Source of the DNA: Malacoraja senta
Taxonomy: Eukaryota
NCBI GenBank assembly: GCA_038087875.1
Contig: CM075993.1
Span: forward strand, 8,124,001-8,184,000
DNA: 60,000 bases
Reading direction: 5' to 3'
The notes beneath the pieces are model-generated. The model searched no databases. It was given only the letters and a program-made list of their open reading frames with translations, and had not been told where the DNA came from. The position numbers and the translations under genes were made by a program. Of the stretch, positions 13,077 through 26,346 are shown piece by piece; the first letter of the stretch is position 1, and each line of letters opens with the position of its first letter.

Positions 13077-14680
13077 CTGTGAAGAGAAGGGAGATTCACT
13101 TTCACACTTTTTGAAGAGTATTGCTGGCTCACAAACCCAAAACAGCAACTACAAAAAAGTGAGAGTGTAGAAATCGCACTGCTTACTAGCACAGTCTCAA
13201 ACACAACAAGGTGGAATCACATTCCTAACTTGATTTAGGACTAGTTAGTTATAGGACTAGACTGATGAAGATAGCCAACATATACATCTATCAATAACAA
13301 AGCTCGGGATTAAGGCGGGATACCAGAGGGAAAGTGAAAGAACGACAAAGGGTGTTCCAACATTGAAAGGACGAGTGAATGAGTGGCTCAGTGAAGAATT
13401 GTTTCACATATTCCCACAAAATCATCTCCAAACGCTATCACTGATCTGCATTAGAGAATCACGGAGAAAACGTTCAGTTGAGACACAAGGAAGGAACTGC
13501 AGACCCTGGGAGCTTGAGCAAAAATCACAAAGCGCTGGAGTAACTCAGCAGGTTGGGCAGCATCTGTGGAGGACATGGAGAGGCGATGTAGAAACAAGGA
13601 ACTGCAGGTGCTGGTTCATACCAAAGATAGACACAAAGTGCGGGAATAACTCAGCGGGTCAGGCAGCATCTCTGGGGAAAAAGGATGGGTAATGTTTTGA
13701 GTGAGTGAAGAAGGATCCTGACCCGAAACATCAAAACTATCCTTTTTCTCCAGAGATGCTGCCGGACCTGCTGAGTTACTCCAGCACTTTGTGTCTATCT
13801 TTGGATGGGCGACGTGTCGGATCAGGACCTTTCTTCGGACTGATTGCAGTAAAGGGTAGGGGAGGGGGGGGAAGAAAGTCAGACAAGAAGTGGGTGCTGG
13901 ACAAAGTGATAAGTGGATACTGGTGAGGGGGGTTTGATTAGGAGATGGGGGAAACGGGTGTCAGATAAGGAGAAGCGGTGTGAAATACAGACAGAGTGCC
14001 TAAAGTCTAAAGCAAGGGTTCCCAACCTGGGGTCAATTTGTTGATTCTGGATTTGTACATATTTTTTCCTCATTTTTCTCAACATCGACTGTGTTTGGTT
14101 CTGTTCATCATTAGTTGTTCATAAATAAGTGAAATAACATTGTTATGTGCTATTCAAGTTGCCACGGATAAACGGGATGAAAAAGGTTGGGAATCCCTGG
14201 TCTAAAGTATAGTCCAAAGTCAAGATTGCATGGGTTTTTAAATAGACATACAGCGTGGAAACAGGCCCTAGGGCCCAACTTGGCCACGCCAACCAACATG
14301 CCCCATCCACACTAGTCCCACCTGCACGCCTTTGTCCCTCCAAACCTATCCTATCCATGTACCTACCTAAATGTTTCTTAAATGCTTTGATAGAACCTGC
14401 CTCAAACTACCCCCTCCGGCAGCTCGTTTCCTCCGGGTTCTCTGGTTTCCCCAAAGACTTGCAGATCCACAGGTTAATTTGTCCCAGTGTGTAGGTGAGT
14501 GGTAGAATGTGGGGGGATTGATGGGAATTTGGTGAGAATAAAATGGGATTTGTGTGAGATCAGTTGAACGACGCACGGACAATGTGGGCCGAAGGGCCAG
14601 GTTCCATGCTGCAAGTCTCTATGGCTTTATACTACAGACTAGAGTGGGGAAGTACTTCAGTTTTAAAAGTAGGAGGGTTA

Positions 14681-15049
14681 AGGGCCTGTCCCACTTAGGA
14701 GACCTAAACAGCAACCTCTGGTGACCTTGCCCGCCACCGAAGGTTTCCATGAGGTCACAGGAGGTTTTGGTCACTCTCCCTAATGGTTGAAAGTGGTTTC
14801 CGCGTGGTCAAGGCTTCATCTAGGTTGCTGCTATTTTTTAATCATGATTAAAACCGGCCTCGACTAAAAATAAGTTGCCGTTTTAAAAATCGATAATTAT
14901 TTTGTTGCAGGTCTAGTCGAGGAAGGTTTTCAACATATGGGTGGGAGGTGGTAGGAGGTTGCAGGTCACCTCAACCGTGATTTTTTTTTTGGGTGGCAGG
15001 CAAGGTCACCAGAGGTTGCAGTTTAGGTCTCCTAAGTGGGACAGGCCCT
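14681..15049. mobile_element. PIF/Harbinger-like MITE
   Basis: ~57-bp imperfect TIRs AGGGCCTGTCCCACTTAGG...CCTAAGTGGGACAGGCCCT; TTA/TAA flanks; no ORF. Confidence 0.8.
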
Positions 15050-18000
15050 TAACTTTAAACACGCACCCGGAAGAATATCGCTTTGGTACGGTTCCCCCCG
15101 AGGAATAGCGAGGGGCAGAACTACAGATCGAGACTGCAGGTGGGGGGGGGGGGAGAAAAACGTGAATGGGTATCAGCATCAGAAAAACATGAATGGGAAA
15201 CAGCAGGAGAGTTGCAGAGATCTGGAGGAAACATTCTTTGGAGCCTCTCCAGCATCAGTCAGTGTGTGGGAACATTCCAATGATTCAGGAGTGGCTCAGC
15301 GGCTCTTTGTGCTCCAGTTCGTGCATTAAAGGGCAATTTGCAGAGCAGCAGGAAAGTAGAAAAGTACAGCCCACACACTAGCAGAAAAGTCTGACGTGAC
15401 GGCAATAATTCTACAAATCAGGCTGGAAAATCTGGACTCAAGTTTCTCCACCACATTTCTGAAATGCCAGGATTAAGAGCAACCACTTTGGCCCGAGAAA
15501 GAGAGTTTGATGCATCATCAGTTGAAGTCAGCGCAGGTTCTGGGAGAACTTCAAAGCGTTTGACAGCACTGGGCCTCCACTCGCTGGAGTTCAGAAGGAC
15601 CTCATTGAAACGTACAGAATAATGAAAGGCATAGATAGAGTGGATGTGGAGAGGATGTTTCCACTGGTGGGAGAGGTGGGAGGTCGTAGCCTCAGAATTA
15701 AAGGGCGCTCTTCTAGAAAGGAGGTGAGGAGGAACTTCTTTAGTCAGAAGGTAGTTAATCTGTGGAACTCATTGTCACAGAAGGCTGTGGAGGCCAAGTC
15801 AGTGGATATGTTTAAGGCAGAGACAGACGATTAGAACGGGTGCCAAGGGTTATGGGGAGAAGGCAGGAAAATGGGATTAGGAGGCAGAGATCAGCCATGA
15901 TTGAATGGTGGAGTAGACTCAATGGGCCAAATGGCCTAATTCTACTCCTATAACCTGTGAACTTGCGAAAGCAGGTCAGTGAAAGTCTACTGATGGAATG
16001 GCAACAGGATCGATCGCGCTGCACTCAGAATTAAAAGTAAAAAGACTTAAGATTTATCAACTCTGAGCTATACAGCAAAGAAAGAGGCCCTTTGGCCCAC
16101 CTTGTCCATGCTAACCAAATTGGCATGCCAGGCTAGATCCATTTTCCTGCATTTGGCCCCTAGCCATCTAAACCCTTCATGTCCATATATCTTTTAAATG
16201 TTACGATACGATAACACTTTATTCATCCCCGGATGGAAATTGGTCTGCATCTGCAAATAGCTTCCTCCGGCAACTCATTCCAGATACAGACTACCCTTGG
16301 AGTGAAAATGTTGCCCCCGGGGTCCCTCTTAACTCTCTCCCCTCTCACCGTGAACCCATGCCCTCAAGTTTTAGAATCCTCTGCTCTAGGGAAAAAGTTA
16401 GTTAGTTAGTTAGCTAGTTAGTTAGGTGTTCACTCTATCCATGCACCTTATTGTTTTGTACACTTTAGGCTCACATGCAAACTAGAAAAAAACCTCTTTG
16501 TGTTTTTTAAAGTAGAAACATCGAAAGTAGGCCATTCGGCTCCTTGAGCCAGCACCGCCATTCAATATGATCATGGCTGATCTTCCAAAATCAGTACCCC
16601 GTTCCTTCTTTCTCCCCATATCCTTTGATTCTGTTACCCCAAGAGATATATCTCACTCTCTCTTGAATACATCCAGTGAATTGTCCTCCACTGCCTTCTG
16701 TGACAGAGAATTCCACAGATTCACAACTCTCTGGGTAAAAAAGCTTTTCCTCATCTCAGTCCTAAATGGCCTACCCCTTATTCTTAAGCTGTGACCTGAC
16801 CCCTGGTTCTGGACTTCCCCCCCATCATCTCCAGGTGAAATACTAACTGGGGATCTAACAAGTGGGGAAAACACGAGGCGAGGGACGGCGAGGATCACAA
16901 CAGATTTAAAATGTAATTTATTTTGGCCACTTTAAGCCCAAGCTGTGTGGCCCGGTTCCATATCCGAGTGTTTACTCTAGCTGTACCGGGGATCATGTTC
17001 TAAGTGTTCTCTTTGGGCCTGGCTCTATGGGAAGACAGGCCAAAGTCTTAGCTTATTTCTGTAAAGTGAGTTTAAACAGGCGACAGGGGACAGGCAAGAT
17101 TTCAGCTGCAAGAGCAGGCTTTCCGCAGTTACTCGCTAGGCACCACCAGTTTCGGGCAGCACCGTGACGCTGCGGTAGAGTTGCTGCCTTACAGCGTCAG
17201 ATACCCCGGTTCGATCCCAACTACGGGTGCTGTCTGTAAGGAGTTTGTATGTTCTCCCCGTGACCACGCGGGTTTTCCCCGGGTGCTCCGGTTTCCTCCC
17301 ACACTCCAAAGACGTACAGGTTTGTAAGTTAATTGGCTTTGTATAATTCTAAATTGTCCCTAGTGTGTGTAGGATAGCGTTAGTGTGCGGGGATCGCTGG
17401 TCATGCAGATTCAGCAGGACGAAGGGTCTGTTTCCATGCTGTATCTCTAAACTAAAGGCAAACAGGCAGATGGCAGATGGAACACAACGGTAGGAAGTCC
17501 TGTTGTAATTATGTGTGTGTTTGGCAAGTGCTGCTCTGGAATAATGTGCAAAACACAAAGTGCTGGAAGAACCCAGCAGGTCAGGCATCATCTGTGGAGG
17601 GAATGGACAGACGACGTTTCGGGTCAGGACCTTTGACCATACTCACTGAGGATCCCACAACTGAGGAATAATGACACACTCAAGGTACAGGAAGCCTGGT
17701 CACAAGGTCGCTCAACACTTTCTCAATGGATCTCCAAACACATGAAGGCGGGTGAATCTGTGGACTTCATTGCCACAGACGGCTGTGGAGGACAAGTCAA
17801 TGGATATTTTTAAGGCAGAGATTGATAGATTCTTAATTAGTGCGGGTGTCAGGGGTTATGGGGAGAAGACAGGAGAATGGGGTTGAGAGGGAAAGATAGC
17901 TCAGCCATGATTGAATGGCAGACTAGACTTGATGGGCTGAATGGCCTAATTCTGCTCCTACAACTTACGAAGCTAACCTGTGGTTCCTTAACGTGATTGT

Positions 18001-18767
18001 TTCTGAAGCCTACCACCTTAGTGGTGCAAATAAATAAAGTAGTTAGGGCCAAGATGACAGAACCTTTACCATTGTGGAATTGTGAATTAGAGTGCATACA
18101 ATGTTATTTTACAATGAGATGGTGATAAAGCAATATTCTGCACACTGGTATTTGTCTCTTTAAACTACCTGTCGTACGTGTGTACTGCTTGTTTGTACTC
18201 ATAAAGATAGATAGAAAATGCTGGCGTAACTCAACTCAACAGGCAGCATCTCTGGAGAGAAGAATGGGTGACGTTTCGGGTCGAGACCCTTCTTCAGACT
18301 TATGTATGGTATGATTTGATTTGAATGGATACCGAGCAAACAAAAGCCTTCCACTGTATCTCTGTAGACCTGACAACAATAAACCAAAGCAAGCCATTAT
18401 TCTTGGCTAGATCGAAGCCCAGGGACAGTGTTGAAAGGAGATTGTGGAGTACAATATTGCGCTTGGAAATAACTCACTTTAGCAAATCACAAAGTGCTGG
18501 GCCAGGCAGTATTTCTGGAGGGAAGGGATAGGCGACGTTTTGGGTCGGGATGTCTGAAATAGGCTCCTGACTCACAATGTCATCTGTCCATCCTCCCCCT
18601 CCCCCCCAATAATGCTGCCTGGCCCACTGAGATATTCCAGCACTTTGTGTTATGCTCAAGATTCCAGCATCTACAGTTCCTTGCGTCTCCAATAACTCTC
18701 TGTATTTTGTTTCTGAGAACTGCACAAGTAAATGAACCATGCACACGGAACATAAATGGAAACTCAC

Positions 18768-18848
18768 TGGATTCCGGCTCACTATCTCCGACAGCTTCGC
18801 ACCTTCCTCTTGCAATTTTGACTGAAGCCAAAAAAATCTGAATTCTGT
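18768..18848 (-). CDS. SNUPN: Snurportin-1 coding exon
   Basis: TEFRFFWLQSKLQEEGAKLSEIVSRNP, 81 nt, tag/gtgagt boundaries. Confidence 0.93.
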
Positions 18849-19795
18849 CTATTTTTAAAACAGAATAAAACAAAAATACATTTACGATCATTTATAAATC
18901 CACTCAAGAAGCTGAATCATTCGCATTTGCACAGCACACGAGTCCATCAGCAGCAGATTCCAAATTACTGAAATTATTTTTTGAAAGGCACTTGTTTTTT
19001 TTTAAACTAAGGACTTGCGACCAAATTTGTTTAGGTCCTGGTTGCAAAATAACAAAAGCAATGTTTCTAGTGATGCTGATAAAGGAATATTGGTCAGAAA
19101 ACTGAGATAATTCCACTGCTTCGTGTGGAATAGCGTCACGAGAACTTGATGGCATCTCCAATATCCTCAGATCTGCCCTGTCAAATCTTTTTGGATTGTC
19201 TCCTACGCTGGTCTCTCACAACATGTTCTTCCAACACAAGAGTCGTGGTCTTTTATTAACTGCGACAAGCTTGCAATTGATGCTAACATCTAAACTCTTT
19301 TGCAAGTACTCCTGTTTTTTAATTTTAGCCTTTTTACATTAAAACATAGGAACAGGCCATTGGGCCCACAATGTCCCTGCCAAGCATGATGGCAAGATAA
19401 ACTAATCTTGTCTGCCTGCACGTGATTCATCTCCCTCCGTTCCCAGAGTGGGGCTTGCCTGGAATGGGCAACGTTTATTACAACTAGAGCGCGGACTGGA
19501 CTTTTAAAATGGCGCCAAAACATGGCACCTCTCTCATGCAAGATCAGTGGGCTATTTCTGTACACTTGTTAATTGGGGATGTGCTTGGGTCTGGCAATAC
19601 TCTACCAGACTGTTTGTAAGAAGAGAATTTCACTGTGTGTTTGCACTTTGCCCGTGTGACAATAATAGCAGCATTGAATCAAATTCTGAGGATTTCCAAT
19701 TGATAATGGATGCCATTCTGAAAAAAGGGATACTTCTTACATTGAGACCACATGGAGCTAATGAAAGGCTTGAAGCTCAGTGCCTTCATACAGAC

Positions 19796-19893
19796 CTGAC
19801 AGTCATAGACTGGATGGCCTCTCCAACACATCACATCCAAGACAAAGAATGTTCTGTTCACTTCGCTGTAAATGCAGTCCAATATGGTGTAGT
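19796..19893 (-). CDS. SNUPN: Snurportin-1 coding exon (m3G-cap binding domain)
   Basis: (D)[32 protein letters not shown], 98 nt, AG/GT boundaries. Confidence 0.95.
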
Positions 19894-20609
19894 CTGCAGG
19901 GAGGAGCAGGAATTAGAGCAATGAAATGCAGGAAGACAGTCAAACTAGTCAAGTAGAATCCCCTTAAAACAATTCCAACAATCCAGGATGTGCATGAAAC
20001 TCAAACTATGAAATCTAACCATCAGGACCCACATCAGTTTATTTTTCCAACTGAACTAAAGTAAAATTTATTTAAGACGCGAAGAGGTTCAAGTAGTCAC
20101 ATCTTTAGTTTAGTTTAGTTTAGAGATACAGCACGGAAACAGGCCCTTCAGCCCACTGAGTCTGCACCGACCAGCGATCCCTGCACACTACCACTATCCT
20201 ACACACTAGGGACAATTTACAATTTTACAGAGGCCAATTAAATCTATAAACCTTTGGAGTGTAGGAAACTGGAGCACCCGGAGAAAGCCCAAGCAGGTCA
20301 TGGGGAGAACGTACAAAATCTGTGCAGGCAGCACCCATGGTCAGGATCGGACATGGGTCTCTGGCGCTGTAAAGGGCCTTTCCCACTAACACGATTTTTT
20401 CGGCGACTTGCTGGCCCCCGTCAGAGTCGCAGCAGGTCGCCGAAAATTTTCAAAATGTTGAAAATCCAGCGTTGACCAGAAAAAGGTACGACTCTTTGGG
20501 CGACTAATCACGACCAAACATACGTCACCCCGCGACATGCCGCTGGATTTTCAACATTTTGACATTTTTCGGCGACCACCGGTAGATCGGTTTGGTTAAT
20601 GTGAACTGT

Positions 20610-21040
20610 GCAGAGGTTAACGCACAGTTTGCATTAACCAACCTGATTTCCCGGTGTCTCAGCACTTCAACTCCCCCTCCCATTCCGTATCCGACCTTTC
20701 TGTCTTGGGCCTCCTCCATGGCCAGAGTGAGGCCCACCGCAAATTGGAGGAGCAGCACCTCATATTTCGCTTGGGTAGTTTACACCCCAGCGGTATGAAC
20801 ATTGACTTCTCCAATTTCAGGTAGTCCCTGCTTTCTCCCTCCTTCCCCTCCCCTTCCCAGCTCCCCCACAGCCCACTGTCTCCGCCTCTTCCTTTCTTCC
20901 CCTCCCCCCCCCACATCAGTCTGAAGAAGGGTCTCGACCCGAAACATTCCTTCGCTCCATAGATGCTGCCTCACCCGCTGAATTTCTCCAGCATTTTTGT
21001 CTACCTTCGCTTTATCCAGCATCTGCAGTTCTTTCTTAAA
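20610..21040 (+). mobile_element. Penelope-like element 3' fragment (GIY-YIG endonuclease C-terminus plus pseudo-LTR)
   Basis: PVSQHFNSPSHSVSDLSVLGLLHGQSEAHRKLEEQHLIFRLGSLHPSGMNIDFSNFR*, followed by the abundant ctgaagaaggg...gaaac repeat. Confidence 0.85.
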
Positions 21041-21319
21041 CATACAAGAGTGATATATGTTTTTGACAAACCTAGCGATGAAGATGCAACTTGTAGGCTA
21101 GGTGAAGGAGCACTGGTGTACAGTGAGTCTTCAAAAAAAAATCACACAAGATAATGGCATGAATACCCGGGATAGCAAATTAACAAAACGCAAAGTGCTG
21201 GAGGAACTCAGTGGGTCAGGCAGCAACTATGGAGGGAATGGACAGGCAATGATTCAAGTCACGACTCTCAATCAGTCTGAAGAAGAGTCCCAACCCAAAA
21301 TATCACTTGTCAGTCTGAA

Positions 21320-21970
21320 GATGATAACCTCATCTTCTGCATCCAGTGTTCCCGATGTGGTCTCCGTTACAATGGCAAGAACAAGCATGAACTCAGTGAA
21401 CAGTTGCACTCAGTCCGCCAAGGTCTGTGGGATCTCCTGGTTGCTAACCATTTTAATTCCTCTTCCCATACTGACCTGGGCTTCCTCCACTGCCAGAGTG
21501 AGACCACACTCTGCATTCAGACCTTACAACCCAACGGTATTTTCCAATTGTGGGTACAACTAAGCTACAAACAACCCTTCCTTACACCCTTCTCTGTGCC
21601 CCATTTGGCCTTACACCCACTTCTCCACTTCCCCCTCCCTTTCCACCTATATGCTTTTCTCTGGCCTCACAATTCGCAAATCTATGTATTTCACATCGTT
21701 GGACTTCTCACCTCTGGCCTTAGTCCAACCACATGCCTATCAATCCACCCCCCCCCACCCCCACCTGTATCCACCTATCACTCACCAGGCGCCTCCTGCC
21801 TTCCAGCTTTCTTACCCTCCCATCCCCCAACCAACACAATCAGTCTGAAGAATGGTCCCGACCCAAACATTGTACCTCCACGTTCTCCAGATATATTGGC
21901 TGACCCATGAGTTACTCCAGCACTTTGCATCCTTTTTTGTAAACCAAAATCTACAGTTCCTTGTATCTAC
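21320..21970 (+). mobile_element. Degenerate Penelope-like fragment
   Basis: CIQCSRCGLRYNG (decayed C-x2-C-x3-YIG motif) and VANHFNSSSH, followed by a pseudo-LTR. Confidence 0.7.
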
Positions 21971-22465
21971 CGTTCTTATGGTGAAGAAGGGTCTCGACCC
22001 GAAACGTCACCCATTCCATCTCTCCAGAGAATCATGAGTTACTCCAGCTTTATTTGTCTATCTACCAGTCTTTTGGGATTGGTTAATGATCAAAATACGA
22101 GAGGCGAAATTAAGGGACCATTCTCATGTTGGCAATCTGTTTTGAGTGGAATACCACAAGGGTTGCTGCTGGATCTCAGCTATTTATAACCTCAGTAACA
22201 AATTGGATGAAAAGACAATGAAATGCATCCAAGATGGCCTCTGCTACAAATCGGGAGGGGAAATTAACCAGTCGCCGGAATACCAAGAGACTGCAGAAGT
22301 ATGTAACCAGATTGATTGAGTTGGCAGGAAAGTGAGCAACTTTACAACCTGGTCAAGAGCGAAGATATTTATTCTGATTGGGCCGATGGGAAACAATATT
22401 TAAATCTAGAGGAAATTAAATGTTGGGTTTAGAGGAATCTATGTACGAAAGGCTCTTGGTTTTGA

Positions 22466-23076
22466 AACATAGAAAATAGGTGCAGGAGTAGGCCATTCGG
22501 CCCTTCGAGCCTGCACCGCCATTCAATATGATCATGGCTGATCATCCAACTCAGTATCCTGTACCTGCCTTCTCTCCATACCCCCTGATCCCTTTAGCCA
22601 CAAGGGCCACATCTAACCCTCTTAAATATAGCCAATGAACTGGCCTCAACTACCTTCTGTGGCAGAGAGTTCCAGAGATTCACCACTCTCTGTGTGAAAA
22701 ATGTTTTTCTCATCTCGGTCCTAAAGGATTTCCCCTTAATCCTTAAACTGTGACCCCTTGTCCTGGACTTCCCCAACATCGGGAACAATCTTCCTGCATC
22801 TAGCCTGTCTAACCGCTTAAGAATTTTGTAAGTTTCTATAAGATCCCCCCTTCTAAATTCTAGCGAGTACAAGCCGAGTCTATCCAGTCTTTCTTCATAT
22901 GAAAGTCCTGACATCCCAGGAATCAGTCTGGTGAACCTTCTCTGTACTCCCTCTATGGCAAGAATGTCTTTCCTCAGATTTGGAGACCAAAACTGCACGC
23001 AATACTCCAGGTGTGGTCTCACCAAGACCCTGTACAACTGCAGTAGAACCTCCCTGCTCCTATACTCAAATCCTTT
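22466..23076 (-). mobile_element. CR1/HER1-like LINE 3' end
   Basis: LVRPHLEYCVQFWSP...RGDLIETYKIL...TRGHSLRIKG...FFTQRVVNLWNSLP; 3' hairpin and (tttctatg) tail. Confidence 0.9.
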
Positions 23077-23911
23077 TGCTTTCGTTTTCCGTTTCGTTTT
23101 TTTTGAGGTACAGAACAGAAGCAGGCCCTTTGACCCACCGAGTCCACACCAACCAGCAATCACCCCGAACACTAGCACTATCCTGCACACTAGGGACAAT
23201 GTACAATCTTTACCGAAGCCAATTAACCTACAAATCTGTACGTCTTTGGAGTGTGGGAGGAAACCAGAACCCCTGGAGAAAACCCACCCTTCACAGGGAG
23301 AACGTACAAACTCCGTACAGACAGCACCCTTGGTCAGGATCGATCCTGGGTGTCTGGCGCTGTCAGGCAGCAACTCTACCACTGCGCAGTTGAAGAAACT
23401 TCAGCATGATATTGTTTCATAGATGGTACACGCTGTGATCAGAGTGTGTAGTGATGGATCTCCAAAGCCACCAGCATCGTCCTTTGGCCCACACACATCT
23501 CCAGTCACCAGAGAACCAGCAGCCAGATTCACCTTGAAGACACATTCAGTCAAATGCTGCCCTCTCACCTCAGGGCAAAGGGGTCAGTTACTTAGAGCAA
23601 GACGGGAAGGGAGCTTCCAATGTCTGGAATCCTTTACCCTGGAAAACTGCAGATACTTATTTCTCTAGACTTAAGAGATACACCATGGAAATACTTTAGA
23701 GATACACTTCGGCCCACTTTCACTCCGTACACTTGCACTAGGGACAATCAAAAATGTTACAGGAGCCAATTAACCTGCAAACCTGTACATCTGTGGAGTG
23801 TGGGAGGAAACCAGAGCTCCCAGGGAAAACCCACGCGATCAGCGGGAGAACTTATAAACTGCACAGGCAGCACCCATAGTCAGGATCGAACCCAGGTCTT
23901 CGGCGCTTTAA

Positions 23912-24146
23912 ACGGCCTGTCCCACTTTCTCGACCTAATTCACGACCTCTGCCGAATTTGCCCTTGACTCGTACTCGCAGCATGGTCGTCACGAGGTCGT
24001 AGGAGGTTGTAGGTAGGTCGTAGCAGGCCGTGATGCTAGTCGTAGGTACTCGTGGCATCAAGTAGGTCGGGCGTTTTTCAACATGATGAAAAATGTCCAC
24101 GAGTAAAAAAGGTTGTGAATTAGGTGGTGAAAGTGGGACAGGCCCT
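23912..24146. mobile_element. PIF/Harbinger-like MITE nested in a V-SINE
   Basis: Same terminal 16-mer TIR with TAA/TTA flanks; partial relatives at 20373-20580, 30315-30398, 36530-36705 and 41930-42220. Confidence 0.8.
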
Positions 24147-24934
24147 TTAGGCAGCAACTCTACGACTGCGCCACCGTGCCGCCAATAGTTGGCTGGAGAC
24201 AAGGGTATTTTTGGTTGAAGGGAACAGGGTGTTCGAGGACGGAGGCATCAGGATTATAGTGTGTATTGGCACAGGTGCTGGGTGGCTCCACTCCTGTTAC
24301 CACTTGGAGTTACTCAACCACCCCACACAAGGAATGAAATCTCATCACCACCAAAATACTTATTCCACAGGGTGAGGACTTCATTGAAAACTAGGAAGAG
24401 AAATAGTATCAACACTGGTCAGTGAGTTTGTAGCTAGAAGGTTTCACAATGGCAAAGGGTCCAAAGGAAAACTTCTTAAAAATCATATGGAACAATGTGT
24501 TACAAACAGGATACATTTTTAAAAAGGAAGTAGCCAATAAAGAATAAACTGAACTAATGCTCTACCCTGTGTAGGAAGGAACTGCAGATGCTAGTTTACA
24601 CTGACGATAGACTCAGGAGGAACTCAGCGGGTCAGGCAGCATCTCTGGAGAAAAGCAATAGGTAACGTTTCAGGTCGAGACCCTTCTTCAGACTGTTCTC
24701 TGAGAGGATTACCGCCTGTCTCTTTGTTCTGAGGAAGGGCCTTTGAGATGAAACACTAACTCTTCACAAAGCTTTGCCCTGACCTGCCGAGTGTTTCCAG
24801 CAATTTTATTAAAGAACATGTTGAGATGTTGTGAGGAAAGGGGACGAGGCACGTGGAACTTCAGGTAATCTTCTCTTGCACTCAAGCTGAGCACAATCTT
24901 GTTAAAATGTAAGATTAAAAAAGAGGGATTGAAA

Positions 24935-25695
24935 ATCTGATTGAATGGTGCCAGAACAATAATCTTGTTCTCAACATCAGCAAGACCAAGGAGCTGATTG
25001 TTGACTTCAGACGAGGACTTTGGGATCCACAAACCTGTCCTCATTGACGGGACGACGATGGAAAAATCAATGTTCCAGGGCGCGCGTATCTCTGAAGATC
25101 TGTCCTAGACCCAGCACAATATGGCAATCTCAAACAAAGCTTAATGCTTCTACTTTCTTTGAAGATTAAGGAGATTCGGTATGTCGGCGAATACTCTATT
25201 GAACTTCCCTAGGCGTGTGGTAGGGAGCATATTCACTGGTTGCATCAAAGCCTGGTTCATCAACTTAAATGCCCAGGAATGAAGGAGGGTACAGAGAGAG
25301 GTAGATACTGCCCGGACTGGCCTCCCCATGAAACAGACTGCTTCAAAACGGCAGTCAATCTCAAAGACTCACAGAACTCTGGCCATGCTCTCATTTAATT
25401 CCTACCGTCGGGATGAAGGTACCGGAGCCTGTAAACCGTGACCACCAGGTTCAAGAACAGCTTCTTGCCAACAACCACTAGGTTCATGAACACTAACCTC
25501 AGCAATTATGAACCTTCAGTCGACTGTGCCTTTAGTCGCACTGCAGGCTTGGGGATTTTTTTTGCACTAGTACTAGTCATTAATTTATTACATTTCTTAA
25601 TTTATCCGTGTATTGGTTTTATGGGCCTGTTAAGCTGCTGCAAATAAGAATTTCATTATTCTGCTGTCAGTTCATAAGAAACAATTAAACACTCT
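24935..25695 (+). mobile_element. Degenerate Rex1/Babar LINE fragment
   Basis: NISKTKELIVDFRR...TTRFKNSFLP motifs with frameshifts. Confidence 0.75.
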
Positions 25696-26249
25696 TAGCT
25701 CGATGTAAAATTATGGTAGAATGCCAGATTTACAACTGCAGGTCCTCATCGAGCTTGTTTTGTTTAGTTTAGTTTAGAGATACAGCGTGGAAACAAGCCC
25801 CTCGTCCCATCGAGTCTGCGATGGCCAGCGATCCCCGTACACTAGCACTATGTTACACACTAGGCACAATTTACAATCTTTACCAAAGCCTATTAACCTA
25901 GAAACCTGTGTTTAAGAAGGAACTGCAGATGCTGGAAAATCGAAGGTAGACAAAAATGCTGGAGAAACTCAGCGGGTGCAGCAGCATCTATGGAGCGAAG
26001 GAAATAGGCAACGTTTCGGCCCGGAACCTAGAAACCTGTATGTCTTTAGAGTGTGGGAGGAAACTGAAGCATCTGGAGAAAGCCCACGGGGAGAACATGC
26101 GAGCTCTGTACAGACAGTACGTGTAGTCAGGATTGAACCCGGGTCTCCGGCGCTGTGAGGCAGCAACTCTACCGCTGAGTCACCGTGCTGCCCACGGTAT
26201 TGTTGGATCTTTCTACAACCCTTATCAAAGCTGATTGAAGCGTGGTTAC

Positions 26250-26346
26250 CTTTGCCCATGGCCGAGTTGTGCCGGTTTCCACCGGGAAGGAGCGACGGAA
26301 ACCTGTTCACGCAATATCCACCGCGCGTGTACGCTGCTGTGCTGCC
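26250..26346 (-). CDS. SNUPN: Snurportin-1 coding exon
   Basis: [32 protein letters not shown](D), 97 nt, AG/GT boundaries, phase consistent with neighbours. Confidence 0.95.

Noticed and set aside
14678..15052. piggyBac or Kolobok assignment of the MITE (TTAA on both sides)
   Set aside because: Other copies have TAA, TTA or TCA flanks, which fits a 3-bp TWA Harbinger-type target better
22594..23382. 262-aa ORF
   Set aside because: Chance fusion of a V-SINE with a CR1 ORF2 tail
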